A DNA stretch of 63,908 nucleotides, filler included, from Barthelona sp. PAP020 (GCA_040182905.1; 5 parts of 5 records of this genome joined end to end with filler, not necessarily neighbours in it); one strand, 5' to 3'. Shown: positions 40,679-51,776, counted from the first letter of the whole stretch. Translations and numbers: made by a program. The notes: generated by a model from the sequence alone, not told the origin.

Positions 40679-41290
40679 TTATCTGATCTTTGGAATCTTT
40701 GGAAGTGAACGAAGCCCTGAATCAATACATGTTGTAAATAGTTCGGGAATACCCTGACCAGATTGTGCAGAAGTTTCAATATATTCAAAATTGTTCAATT
40801 GACACCAACCAATGGCTTCATTTTCGGTTACTTGTTTAGTAAACCCCGGTCTGGAACAAAGATCTTGCTTATTTGCAACAGTGATGACAAAAGGTTGGTT
40901 TTTACCCCCTAAAGGTCGGTTAGCATATTTATTGTACTCTTCTATCCAAAAATCCAACCGATCAAATGTTCCTCTCCTTGTCACATCATAAACAAAGATA
41001 AGCACATCAATATCTTTGTAAAATTCATTTCTAACGTCTTCAAAAATTGCTGCACCAGAACAATCCCAAAAACCTAATTTTACAGCATTTTGTTTAAGTT
41101 CAATTCTTTTCACACCAAAATCAATTCCAATTGTTGGTAAATATCTAGTTATAAACTTTGACTCACAATATCGTTTGATGATACAACTTTTCCCCGTTTC
41201 ACATTCACCAATTGTTAACAATTTTAATGAAACAACAGGATTTTTGGGTTGTAAATCTAATACTCTTCTTCTGGTAGATCCTTGATTCAT
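40679..41290 (-). CDS. RJL-family small GTPase (no J domain)
   Basis: GKSCIIKRYCE.KF..RYLPTIGIDFGVK, WD.SG...FEDVRNEFYKD. Confidence 0.9.
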   Translation of the reverse strand: MNQGSTRRRVLDLQPKNPVVSLKLLTIGECETGKSCIIKRYCESKFITRYLPTIGIDFGVKRIELKQNAVKLGFWDCSGAAIFEDVRNEFYKDIDVLIFVYDVTRRGTFDRLDFWIEEYNKYANRPLGGKNQPFVITVANKQDLCSRPGFTKQVTENEAIGWCQLNNFEYIETSAQSGQGIPELFTTCIDSGLRSLPKIPKIR

Positions 41291-41400
41291 AGTATCAAAT
41301 CATAATTGACAACTAAAAATAAAAAATAAGAATCCTTCTTCCCTCAAAAAAAATAATAATAAATATCTCTTTATCAACTAAATTTCCGGTGAATACTGTT

Positions 41401-43080
41401 TCAGTCGGACTTTTTCTTTTTGTCCTTCTTGTCCTTTTTGTCTTTTTTTTCTTTTTTCTCAGACTTGTCTTTTTTTTCTTTCTTCTCAGACTTATCTTTC
41501 TTTTCCTTCTTTTCAGACTTATCTTTCTTTTCCTTCTTCTCAGATTTGTCTTTCTTTTCTTTCTTGTCTTTGTGCTTCTTTTCCTTCTTTTCCTTCTTGA
41601 CTTCCTCTTCATCACCAATTTCCATGGACTTAGATTCTGCTGTTTCATCAATTAAAGGACTTGGTTCATTCTTTTCTTCCTCAATGACAGGAGCTCTCTT
41701 GCCAGAGCCATAACCAACTTCGTAGTCGATATCAACATCTTGCTTGTGACTGCTCTTTTTGGGCATGTCATAAGAATCCTTAGATGCATCCTTATAGTTA
41801 GCTGAGGTGCGCAATCTGCCCACGGATTTACGAATTGCAGAACCTTCTAATTCTTCCAATCTATTTTGCAAACGTTCTTGGGCCTTGATGCCAACCAAAG
41901 AATTTGTTTCTTCACCAAATGCATCATAACGGGCAGCTAAAGCAACTTGACATGCAGCGGCTCTTGACATCTTTCCCTTGTTCTTTGTAGAAGCATTGCT
42001 GACAATGCTGGCATGATACAAATAACCATACTTGGGTGTTTTGTGCTTAGTCTTCAAAGCTCTGAACAATGCCTTTTCAGCACCAACAATTTGAATTGTT
42101 GAAGCGGGCATTTTAGCTAAACTGATCAGAGAACCAGCCTTGGATACCAATTTGGCAGCGATTTGTTCACCAGCAACAACGGAAACGGAAGGAGCGATGG
42201 CAGTAATTCTGTTTTTGATGTATTCAGCCATTCTTCCCTTTGTCTCAAACTGTCTTTCAATTTCAACACCAACTTTCTTCAAAATGGCCAAATCCTCATC
42301 AGCGATCATGGAACCGATGGTGGTCAAAGATGCCTTGCGAATCTCCTCTGCGATTTCATCGGAAACCAAACCGGAAAAATCAGTGGTGATGGCATTTTTG
42401 GAGTATCCCATTCTTAAAACAACCTGAACATAAGTTAATGCATCAGTGACCAAAGGAGCTAATTCGGGGAAGTGAATGGTATAGAAATCTCTGAATCTCA
42501 TAAAATAGGTGTTTGTTTCTTTGACTAACTCTTCATGAATTTTAACCGCCTGGATGATCGAAGAATCGATTTTGTCGGGGGAAAATTTCAATGAGAATCT
42601 GGACAATGAATGGGCTAAACCCAATCTCATGTTTCCATAATCCTTCTCGTTGACATCTTCCAAAATTTCATGGATTTGGGAACGAATACCACGGAATAGT
42701 TCCATAACACCAGCATTGTAAATGATGTTCAAATCCAACGATTTTTTGATGTGAGCACCCAACTTATGGTCATCAACAATCAATTCCTTGATGTCTTTTT
42801 TAACCAAATTGCGCTTCAAAAATTTCTTTAAGTCCTTGTCAATGGAATTCTGTTGCAATGCAGATGCTCCTAAAACAGCTTCTGCAGTCGTTTGGAAAGC
42901 CTTGAAATCAATCAATTCAACCCTATTTGTTAGATTAAGTCGGAAATGAACAACCTACATTTTCTTCGCTTTTTGTCCGGAGGCGAAATGTTCCTGGACA
43001 GTATCAGGATCTTCAAGGATGGAGTCATCTTTTAAGCGGATAAGTGAGTATCCTGCAGGAGTTGGATAAAGGACTAACAT
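41401..43080 (-). CDS. NOP58: Box C/D snoRNP protein Nop58; 36-nt intron at 42923-42958
   Basis: MLVLYPTPAGY, LGLAHSLSR..LKFSPDK.D, HFPEL, GAEKALFRALKTKH.TPKYG; KKE/D tail. Confidence 0.95.
41410..41600 (-). repeat. Coding KKE/KKD low-complexity repeat (27-bp EKKEKKDKS unit)
   Basis: Visible in sequence; typical Nop58 tail. Confidence 0.9.
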
Positions 43081-43239
43081 ATAAAAAGTATTAATGTTTT
43101 GGAGTTGGTGGAATTTTTTGTTACTCATCCTCCAAAAGCAATAAACAACAGTAACAGTATTTTTTGTAGTAATGCAGAGTAAATTCAAGTGTTTTGTGGT
43201 TTCATTTTCAATTCACATTTTTATTAAACGCATTGTCTC

Positions 43240-44393
43240 ATGGCTAAGGATAGCAAACAGACGATCGATTCTTACATATTGAGAAAATATGACATCGTGA
43301 GGAAAGTTGGCCAAGGGGTATTTTGAATGATTGGGATAATTTCTAACTTTTGTAGGCATATGGTATTGTTTGGAAGGCAATTGATAAAAGATCAGGACGA
43401 CATGTTGCTTTAAAGAAGATATTTGATGCTTTTCAAAATGACACAGATGCACAAAGAACTTTTCGTGAAATAATGTTTTTGCAGGAGCTAAGCGACCATG
43501 ATAACATAATACGTCTGTTAAATGTTTTAAAAGCAGAGAATGATCAAGATATTTATTTGGTGTTTGATTATTTGGAAACTGATTTACATGCAGTGATCAG
43601 GGCGAACATTTTGGAGCCTATACATAAGCAATATGTAATTTATCAGATTTTAAAGTCTCTGAAGTATTTACATTCTGGTGGTTTGATTCATCGTGATTTA
43701 AAGCCTGCAAATGTATTACTAAATGCTCAGTGTAAGGTTAAGCTGGGTGATTTTGGATTGGCCAGGTCTTTGAACTCAACTATGCATGGACAACCACCCG
43801 TGATGACAGACTATATTGCAACACGTTGGTACAGAGCACCTGAAATTTTAGTTGGATCTCAATCTTACAGTGGAGCTGTTGATATGTGGGCCGTTGGATG
43901 CATTTTGGCGGAAGCCCTCTCTGGTAGTCCCTTGTTTCCAGGTCGGTCTACAATGAATCAATTACAAAGAGTTGTAGAGGTAGTAGGAACGCCTACAGCT
44001 GAGGATGTTAACAGCTTAAGGTCTCAATTTGCTCACAGAATGATCTCCAATCTACCCCCACTAAAACATAAATCCTTGGATCAAATATTCCCCCATGCAC
44101 CAACAGATGCCTTGGATTTGATGAAAAAAATGTTGATTTTCAATCCAAGCAAGAGAATTACTGCTGAAGAAGCTTTGAAGCATCCATTTGTTTCAGACTT
44201 CGCTAGTCCAGAGGAAGAAACAACCTGTCCAAAGAAAATAACCATTTCAATCGACGACAACGTTAAAATGTCAATCGATCACTACCGAACCACCTTGTAC
44301 AATGAAGTCATAAAGAAGAAAAGAGAACTGCGAAGAATTAGGCACAACAGAAATTCAAGAACATCAGATAGTACGAGAAGAAGAAGAAAGTAA
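43240..44393 (+). CDS. MAPK15: MAP kinase ERK7/MAPK15; 38-nt intron at 43318-43355
   Basis: Spliced GQG|AYGIVWKA, KKIFDAFQN.TDAQRTFREI, AEND.DIYLVF, TDY activation motif. Confidence 0.93.
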
Positions 44394-44462
44394 ACAAAAG
44401 AAGAAAACCTAGACATTGTTGTCTTTTGTAAAAGGAAATATTATTTTTTTTCTTTATGTTTT

Positions 44463-44780
44463 ATGATGAACATCAGATTAGGTACTCAAAAAATATTTAA
44501 CGGTTGTCTAAACTTGCTCAAAGATTCATTTTCTTTGGGAAAACATTTGATTCAACAAGGGCGAATTGAAATACGAAATCATCTGAACAGCACAGATTAT
44601 GAAAACCAATCCACAGCCATGGATATTTTAGGAATTAATTCGGATTTTAGTGAATCCAATAATGTGGAAGAAATTGAAAAGAATTTCGACAATTTATTTC
44701 AAAAGAATAGCTCAATTCAAAATCATTACATATGTTCCAAATTGGTTTGGGCTAAAGATCAATTGATTAATAATCTTTAA
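44463..44780 (+). CDS. Pam16/Tim16-like J-like protein
   Basis: AMDILGI...VEEIEKNFDNLFQKN.....YICSKLVWAKDQL matches Pam16 A..IL.V...EE..K.Y.HLF..N....FYLQSKV.RAKERL. Confidence 0.72.
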   Translation: MMNIRLGTQKIFNGCLNLLKDSFSLGKHLIQQGRIEIRNHLNSTDYENQSTAMDILGINSDFSESNNVEEIEKNFDNLFQKNSSIQNHYICSKLVWAKDQLINNL

Positions 44781-45286
44781 TGGTTTTTTTGAAAGGTTCA
44801 CCGAAATTTTCGATTGAATTTCTCAAAACAAAATTATAATTTTTCCCAAATGAATTTCTTTTTCCTGCCAAACAAGTTTTGTTCTTATATTTTTTTTTTC
44901 TTTTTGATAAAACAAAGCTGTCATGTATTCGTTTCAAATTTTCTTTTAATCATCTTTGCGATGCCAAAATTGCTCAACTAATGTGGGCAATTAAAATGGC
45001 TTCTTAAATCATATTGTTACAAAGCTGTTTTGAAAAATGATATTTTGAAGAATTTAAATAAAGAAAAAATGAAGATTTAGCACTTTACCTGGAGTATGAT
45101 AATGATCTTTCCAACAAGAAATTTCTTTTAAGATGCAAAACAAAATTGTGCAATGAAAATTTGTCAAGAAAAATTTGTAAACTAACATATTGCTCTTTTT
45201 ATTATTTTTAAAGTCAAAATTGATGAACACATTACATGTTATATTGTGTATATATAAAAAGTTGGTAAAACAATAAAAGACAAAAA

Positions 45287-47572
45287 TCACTTTTGTTCCT
45301 GAAAACACAAGCTCCCAGATGGGCTTGGAACGCTTGGAAATTCAGGAATATAAACCTTCAATTGATCTGCAACCTGTTTCATTTCTTTTTTCAGAGTGTC
45401 ATTCAATTGTTGAGGAATGACACTGTTTATACATTGAAGATTGGTGTCATTCTTTGAAAATTGATAATTTACAATTTGATATTCTTGAGGCAAATAGTTC
45501 CCATCAATTCGACTATATTCCAAACTTTTCACCACATTGACAACAAATGTCTGATCGACAAATATTCTCAAACTTTCTTCCAAATTTTCCCCAAAATTCA
45601 ATATTTGTAAGATTTTTGCACTTTCTCTGGGATCACGTAAATATTTAATCAAAATTTCATCCAAAAAGATGTTTTTAAAATGAACTAATTCTTTAACATC
45701 AAAACCACCCACCAATTTAATTAAATTGTCATCTTGACCTGCTAATTCTTTTCCGTCTAAAGAAGAAAATGAAGGGTAAACTTGTGAATCAATATAAATA
45801 TTGAATTTCAAAAATTGTTGAATTGCAAGGTCATAATCTGATGATAATGAACAATCACTGTCCAAAAATAAAATTGGAACAACTTTTTTTGACATAATTA
45901 TTGGCTGCAAAACACTTTTCAAAAACGTGAACTTCTCAAAACTGTCCAAATTTATTTCAAAATTCACATCAACTGTGACAATAATGGACATAGTGGGTTT
46001 AATAAAATGTCTCACAACATCATAAATAGTAGTTTCATCTTGACCAACATATTGAATCCACACAGGTGTGAAAAAATTCTCATCAATATTAACCTTTTCA
46101 ATTTGGTCCATCATATTTTCAAAAGACTCCAAAAAAGTCTTGTCATCTGTATTGAAAAATCGAACAACAGTAAAATATTCAGTGTGATTTTTTGATTTAT
46201 GCTGTTTTGCAGTAAGGTAATTAAAAACTCGACAGTTAATCAATTCAACATCTTGAAAATCAAATGTTTCCATCCATTCAATCGAACTGAACTTGTCATC
46301 AGGTGCATTACTAATAATATGATCATAATCACATTCTTTCTCATCAAAACCATAAAAAATACAAATATTTGTAACATCCACTCGATTTAAAACCAAATGT
46401 TCAAAATGTTCAAAAGCCAGATCATAAACTTTTGTTGATGAAAGAGTCAAATTGTGTTGTTTTGGATTAGGAAAAACAGGAAAACGATTTAAAACATCTT
46501 GGGGAACAATTGAATACTTGACAACATCAAGTTCACAAATTCTTGTATAAACAGGGGCAATATAACTAGAATGTATGTATCCTCTAGTTTGAAGAAACAA
46601 CAAAGAATCATGGAAAGAAGCTGGAATTGAAAAAAATTCATTAACTATTGAAGATTCCATAAATAAGTCGTAGACGCTGGGAGTTATCACAAAAGGTTGA
46701 TTTGACCAAAGGTCAAAATATTTTAAAGACGACATCTGCTCTTGAACAACCTGTAAATCATAAGATTTATCAAAAGTAAAAGTTTGAAAATTAAAAGGCA
46801 ATTTGGTCTCCCCTTTAAATCCTAATAAAAGAGGTGAATCTGATGAAGGTCCATTCTCAAAAGAAGAAATCAGATTCTTGGAAAATACATAAAAATCACT
46901 GCTGACAAAATGCTCATTATCAACAATAAAAATGGGAAAACGATGATGAATATCCATCTCTTTCAATAAAAGCATCGTCTCATAGCTACTGCTTTTGGAT
47001 TTTAAATATAGATCATCATGGAAATCATTATTATTATTGACAGGCAAAGGCAATTTAACAGCAGTATACCCATAAATTTTATAAATTTTGTCAATCAACT
47101 CATGATTAAATCCAGTAAAAAACACAATCGTATTTTCAACACCTGGTAAATTGTAACTGAGTGTACTTATCAATGCTTTTAACGAATTAAAATCATTACC
47201 ATCAACATTAATAACAGTAAGCAAACATTCATACTTTGGCTCATATTTTAAATGATTTTTAGCATACATATTCGGAACTAATGTGAGATTTAACCACAAG
47301 CAATCACCTAAATCCACATGACCATCAATAGGACCAACTTCATCAACAGGCGCAGATGGATAAAGAGGATAATGTTCTTTTTCAGTTGTTCGTAATACTC
47401 TTATAATAATTAATAATACTAATATCACAAATATCCAACCAATAATCACTAAAACGTTCTTTCTCTTTTGATTTTTTCTTTGAATGTTTGGTGGAACAGT
47501 AATACTTAAAACTTCTCCATCATCTTCAGTATCAGGTTCTTCATTGATTGGTACATCCAAAATAACTGGCAT
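45287..47572 (-). CDS. Type II membrane protein, possibly glycosyltransferase-like
   Basis: Basic stretch followed by a single N-terminal TM; two DxD-like segments FIVDNEHFVSSDF and LFLDSDCSLSSDY. Confidence 0.6.
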   Translation of the reverse strand: MPVILDVPINEEPDTEDDGEVLSITVPPNIQRKNQKRKNVLVIIGWIFVILVLLIIIRVLRTTEKEHYPLYPSAPVDEVGPIDGHVDLGDCLWLNLTLVPNMYAKNHLKYEPKYECLLTVINVDGNDFNSLKALISTLSYNLPGVENTIVFFTGFNHELIDKIYKIYGYTAVKLPLPVNNNNDFHDDLYLKSKSSSYETMLLLKEMDIHHRFPIFIVDNEHFVSSDFYVFSKNLISSFENGPSSDSPLLLGFKGETKLPFNFQTFTFDKSYDLQVVQEQMSSLKYFDLWSNQPFVITPSVYDLFMESSIVNEFFSIPASFHDSLLFLQTRGYIHSSYIAPVYTRICELDVVKYSIVPQDVLNRFPVFPNPKQHNLTLSSTKVYDLAFEHFEHLVLNRVDVTNICIFYGFDEKECDYDHIISNAPDDKFSSIEWMETFDFQDVELINCRVFNYLTAKQHKSKNHTEYFTVVRFFNTDDKTFLESFENMMDQIEKVNIDENFFTPVWIQYVGQDETTIYDVVRHFIKPTMSIIVTVDVNFEINLDSFEKFTFLKSVLQPIIMSKKVVPILFLDSDCSLSSDYDLAIQQFLKFNIYIDSQVYPSFSSLDGKELAGQDDNLIKLVGGFDVKELVHFKNIFLDEILIKYLRDPRESAKILQILNFGENLEESLRIFVDQTFVVNVVKSLEYSRIDGNYLPQEYQIVNYQFSKNDTNLQCINSVIPQQLNDTLKKEMKQVADQLKVYIPEFPSVPSPSGSLCFQEQK

Positions 47573-47655
47573 TTTGAAATATGATGAAATAAAAAATGTC
47601 AAGGAATTTTTTTTTCAAGTTTTTATTGTTTATATGGTCGATATGAAACAAACAA

Positions 47656-48672
47656 ATGAAAGATAGTTTTGAAACAGATAATTTTTTTGATTATGCCATA
47701 ACCGAAGAAAAATTAATAAAAAGAATAAGAAAAAATCAAAAATTGGAAGATTGTGAATCAATCAAAATAAAAGTAGACACCACAAAATTAACATTAGATC
47801 ATTTGGGTGAATTGATGCCTTCGTTAAAACATTTATATTTGTCAAATTCAAATATTGTTAATATTCGTGACTGTGGAACAAATTTACAACAATTAGAAAC
47901 TTTATTTGTTGATAATTGCAACATGATTGATATTTCTGGAATATCAGTCATTTTTCCAAATTTGATTCATTTAAATGTAGACAACAACAACTTATCAGAT
48001 ATTGGAGATGTTAGTGATTTATTTAGGTTAGAAACTTTTTCGTGTCAAAATAATCCAATTAATGATGATGATATGTTTTTTTTTACTCCTTTAGCATCAT
48101 TAACAGATTTGAATCTGTTAAATTGTATGGTTGATCATGCAAAGGTTAAAGATATTTTTGAAAATTTGCATTCGTATAACGGTAACACTTTGAACAAACC
48201 TGGTGCTTTTAATCCTTCAACAAGATCTCCTGTCGTTTCTCCAAAAAACCCCAAACAATTTTTAATGAATTTAGCTGAAAATGATGATGATTCTACATTT
48301 AATCCACCTGCTCCTGAAATTCCACCTTTACCAAATACACCAATTTTTCATCGACGTAGAGCTCAATCTCAAACATTAATCAGAAGCTCTTCCAGATTAG
48401 ATGATAGTGATAGTGACAATGATGAATCAGACCCACTTCCTCCTTCTCCTTCTATTGAATCAAGACCTAGACCTTTTTCAAATCCTGCAACACCAGGGTC
48501 TTCATTAAGAAGAAGAACCCCTTCAATTGTAACACCTAAAATTGTAAACTCACCTCATATTTCTACTCCCTTATATCAAAGAAAATTATTTGATGACTCT
48601 AGACCGTGTACGCCAAGGGAAGCAGTTGATCGAGCCAGGAAAGACAGGATGAAGACAAATGATTTTATATAG
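47656..48672 (+). CDS. LRRC56: LRRC56/ODA8-like leucine-rich repeat protein
   Basis: VDT....L..LG..MP.L..L.L.NS.I..IRD.GT.L..L..L....C...DI.GI. Confidence 0.8.
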   Translation: MKDSFETDNFFDYAITEEKLIKRIRKNQKLEDCESIKIKVDTTKLTLDHLGELMPSLKHLYLSNSNIVNIRDCGTNLQQLETLFVDNCNMIDISGISVIFPNLIHLNVDNNNLSDIGDVSDLFRLETFSCQNNPINDDDMFFFTPLASLTDLNLLNCMVDHAKVKDIFENLHSYNGNTLNKPGAFNPSTRSPVVSPKNPKQFLMNLAENDDDSTFNPPAPEIPPLPNTPIFHRRRAQSQTLIRSSSRLDDSDSDNDESDPLPPSPSIESRPRPFSNPATPGSSLRRRTPSIVTPKIVNSPHISTPLYQRKLFDDSRPCTPREAVDRARKDRMKTNDFI

Positions 48673-48862
48673 ATTTTTGTAATCTTTTTTTTTTTCATTT
48701 TGCATAAAAATTCAAGATTGACATTTTTTTTGTGATTTTTATTGTGACAAAATGGTGCATTGAATGCCACAAGCTTTTTTTTTTTTATGATTTTCCTTTT
48801 TTTTTTCTGACACTCTTGAAAATCATTTTCAAAAAAAATTTTTTTGTCTTTTCAATGAGTTT

Positions 48863-49591
48863 ATGGATTTACCAAAAAACTTTAATGCTCAATTAATCAT
48901 TAATTATATATATTGGATGATAACCAATATTTTTGGTTATTTGTGGGGATATTTATTTCTCACAAAAATTTCTTGTTGCAATTGTGCAAAATTTGTTTTT
49001 GTTTTGGATAGTGACGGAAATTTTGAAATTCACCACAACAAAAAAACTGATCACTCAACAGTTTCCACTCTTGCATTCATTTTTATTGCTTCATCTCTAT
49101 TTTTTTTGGCAATTAAATCTCCTGTTAAATACACTGATTTAATTTATTCTTTTCAATTTTTATCGGTTTTTTTTGTTTCTATTCCCTTATTTGGAATTTT
49201 GAATCAGCTACCATTTTTCAATCATTTGACAATAACTAAAGAATATCTTTGCGAGAAAATTAATCTCTGCAACTTGTTATTCGCCTTGTTTTCAATATTG
49301 TTTTTCACTGGTTTGTTGGGTTTGGGGGTTTATGATTTGTGGAAAAATGATTTTTTGCTTATTTATATTGGATTTTTTCTATTTTTTTTGTTAATTTTTG
49401 TTTTCTTTTATTTTCTCATTTTAAAAGAGGAAAATCGAACAATTCATTTACATCATTGGATGGTTGGGTTATTCGGCTCCACGTTATTTAGATTTTATTC
49501 AAAAGAATCTCAGTTTGGAGTGGGTTTTTTTTATGGAATTTTTATGCAAGGTGCTGTGAATTATGGTATTTCATCCATTTTTGAGCATTGA
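48863..49591 (+). CDS. Multi-pass membrane protein with HLHHW motif
   Basis: About 6-7 hydrophobic segments; IHLHHWMVG...GIFMQG..NYG. Confidence 0.7.
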   Translation: MDLPKNFNAQLIINYIYWMITNIFGYLWGYLFLTKISCCNCAKFVFVLDSDGNFEIHHNKKTDHSTVSTLAFIFIASSLFFLAIKSPVKYTDLIYSFQFLSVFFVSIPLFGILNQLPFFNHLTITKEYLCEKINLCNLLFALFSILFFTGLLGLGVYDLWKNDFLLIYIGFFLFFLLIFVFFYFLILKEENRTIHLHHWMVGLFGSTLFRFYSKESQFGVGFFYGIFMQGAVNYGISSIFEH

Positions 49592-49714
49592 GCACTTAGC
49601 TCCATAATTAGTTTGTTTTATATCACACATGTAAATATCTTTATTTCTTCTTTTTTGCCTTGGAGAAAGTTTGGACATTTTGTATAACACCAAAACAGAA
49701 AAATCTTCATAAAT

Positions 49715-51502
49715 TTATATATTCCGTAACTCGTTTTGAGCTCTTTTGATGGCTTTTTCTGAACCTTTTCTTTCTTTCTTTGATTTTCTGATTGGTTTAA
49801 TGATTGCACCAGTTTTAACTTTAATCTCAGGTGCAATTTTATAAGCTAATTGACCATTTGTGGAAGTTTCTTTACCAATGTTACGATTGGCTTTTCGATT
49901 AAAACTTCTAATAGATTGTTCATTTATAGGCAATTGATAAACCATATATTTTTCTTCATATGTTCTTGAACGTTTATTATTAATAATTAAGTCATCTCTA
50001 TCTTTATCTTCTCGACTATTAAGCGTGGCTTCTCTAGCATCCTTCCTGGCTTTTTCCAGATCCTTGGCCCATTTAGGTTTTTTCTTTTTGTTTTTTGTTC
50101 CAATTCCTCCCCAAGTGTCCCAACCAGGTAATATGTCTACTTCTTCTTCTGGCAATTCTTCTTCGACAATTTCTTTTTTTTGTTCTTTAAATTCTTTAGT
50201 CTGAACTTTGGAAGCATCTGCAAAAGCAGAACCAACTAATTCACTGTTTTTTTTTGTCAAAACATCTGTTTCATTGTCTGAATTCATAATCTCAGAATCA
50301 TCATCAGAATCATCATCATCAGAATCAGCAATTTGATTCTGATGGAATTTTATTGGTGCAGTTTCACTTTCACTTTCATCAGAAGCGTCATCAAAACTAT
50401 TTTCAAAAGCAATTTTTTCCCCCTCAGAAATATCGTTGTTGTTCAAATCAATTTTATCTGTATCAATTGGAACATTTTCATCATCATTAACTTTTTGAGA
50501 AATCTTGAAAGAATCGTGTTTTTCAACAATATCTTTCTTCTTTTCTGTCAATGAGCTAAAATCTAATTGGCCTTCTCTAATATCATAATCACTGTCGCTA
50601 TCATCATCTTCACTTTCATTAAAATCCTCTCGTTCTTTCAATTCTTTATTCATTCTTTTCAAATTCTCTTGCATAAACCTCATTGCAAAAACACCATCAG
50701 CCTTATCAGCAGGAAGTAATTCATCGTCAGTATTATCATCGATTTCATCATCATCATTAAATCCCTGTTTTTCTCTCAATTGTCTGGCAATTGAAGATTT
50801 GTCTCGTTGAATTTCTTCTAAATGTGTAGCATTACCCTTAGCTAACTGTCTTTTTGCCCATTTGGTTGTTTGACTATGCTTCAATGTTGCGCGTTCAAGA
50901 ATTCTCATCCTTTCCAAATCAGCTTCAGATTCAGTCTTAGTTTCCTTTTCAAGTTGCTTTCTAATAGATTTTCTGTATTTTTTTGACTTTATCTTTTTCC
51001 TTCTCTTTGCTTCAATATGCAAATAGGACATCATTGCCTTAGTTTTCATGTAGTTGGAATGATCTTCCTTTTTTAGTTCATTAATTTCCTGCAATTCATT
51101 TTCAATATCATCTGTATTGGTGTGTAAAACACCAGCATTGTTTAATAAAATATTGATTTTTGATTGCAACTGTGTTTCATCAGATTGACCCTTTTGAATT
51201 GATCTATTTATAATTGTAGCCGTCGAATTTTCTGGAATTTTGCTTTCCCTTAAAGGAAAAGATAAATTTGTTTGTCGATTTTTTCGAATGATTGGATCCC
51301 ATGTATCACTGACGATTTTTTGATTTTCAGTTGCAACTTGTCGTTCTAATCGTTCCCTTTTAGTTTTTGACAGCTTAGGTTTGACAACAAACTTGTCAGA
51401 ATCCAAATCAGCCAATTGTAAACGAACTTCACTTGCTTCAATTCCATCTTTCTCTTTAAAATCACCTAATAAATCGTTGATATTCAAGCCTTCATCATCC
51501 AT
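49715..51502 (-). CDS. UTP14: SSU processome protein Utp14
   Basis: W.PII.KNR, AKR.KKIKSK.YR, R..ERATLKH...KWAK, LPGW.TWGG.G, IGKE, K.G.II.PI. Confidence 0.92.
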   Translation of the reverse strand: MDDEGLNINDLLGDFKEKDGIEASEVRLQLADLDSDKFVVKPKLSKTKRERLERQVATENQKIVSDTWDPIIRKNRQTNLSFPLRESKIPENSTATIINRSIQKGQSDETQLQSKINILLNNAGVLHTNTDDIENELQEINELKKEDHSNYMKTKAMMSYLHIEAKRRKKIKSKKYRKSIRKQLEKETKTESEADLERMRILERATLKHSQTTKWAKRQLAKGNATHLEEIQRDKSSIARQLREKQGFNDDDEIDDNTDDELLPADKADGVFAMRFMQENLKRMNKELKEREDFNESEDDDSDSDYDIREGQLDFSSLTEKKKDIVEKHDSFKISQKVNDDENVPIDTDKIDLNNNDISEGEKIAFENSFDDASDESESETAPIKFHQNQIADSDDDDSDDDSEIMNSDNETDVLTKKNSELVGSAFADASKVQTKEFKEQKKEIVEEELPEEEVDILPGWDTWGGIGTKNKKKKPKWAKDLEKARKDAREATLNSREDKDRDDLIINNKRSRTYEEKYMVYQLPINEQSIRSFNRKANRNIGKETSTNGQLAYKIAPEIKVKTGAIIKPIRKSKKERKGSEKAIKRAQNELRNI

Positions 51503-51776
51503 TATTGGTTAATAAGTTAAAAAAAGTGAAAGGAGAAATCAATTATTATTGTTTTAATACTGGGTTTATTAATATTTATGTTGATGCATTATTCTTCTGA
51601 TTAAGTTTTCTTGTGCAAAAGGGTTTGATAATCTTTCCGACATATGCACTATTGTTTTTGTGTTTTTTAAAAAAGGATTTGAAAGTTTTAAACAACACCA
51701 AAAAGGGACAGAATTTTATTGATGAACAAAAATGGATAAATATATTTATTTTATTTCAATTTTAGACATATAATCT

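Noticed and set aside
41313..41713. Arg/Lys-rich and Phe-rich ORFs
   Set aside because: Shadow frames of the NOP58 KKE/D tail.
44950..45020. H/ACA-like hairpin GCCA..ATTGCTCA/TGGGCAAT..TGGC
   Set aside because: Single hairpin; H and ACA boxes are not convincingly placed and no target was identified.
45082..45180. U1 snRNA-like ACTTTACCTGG with downstream AATTTGT
   Set aside because: The 5' end has an extra T, there is no convincing U1-70K loop, and the U1A-like ATTGCAC is on the opposite strand.
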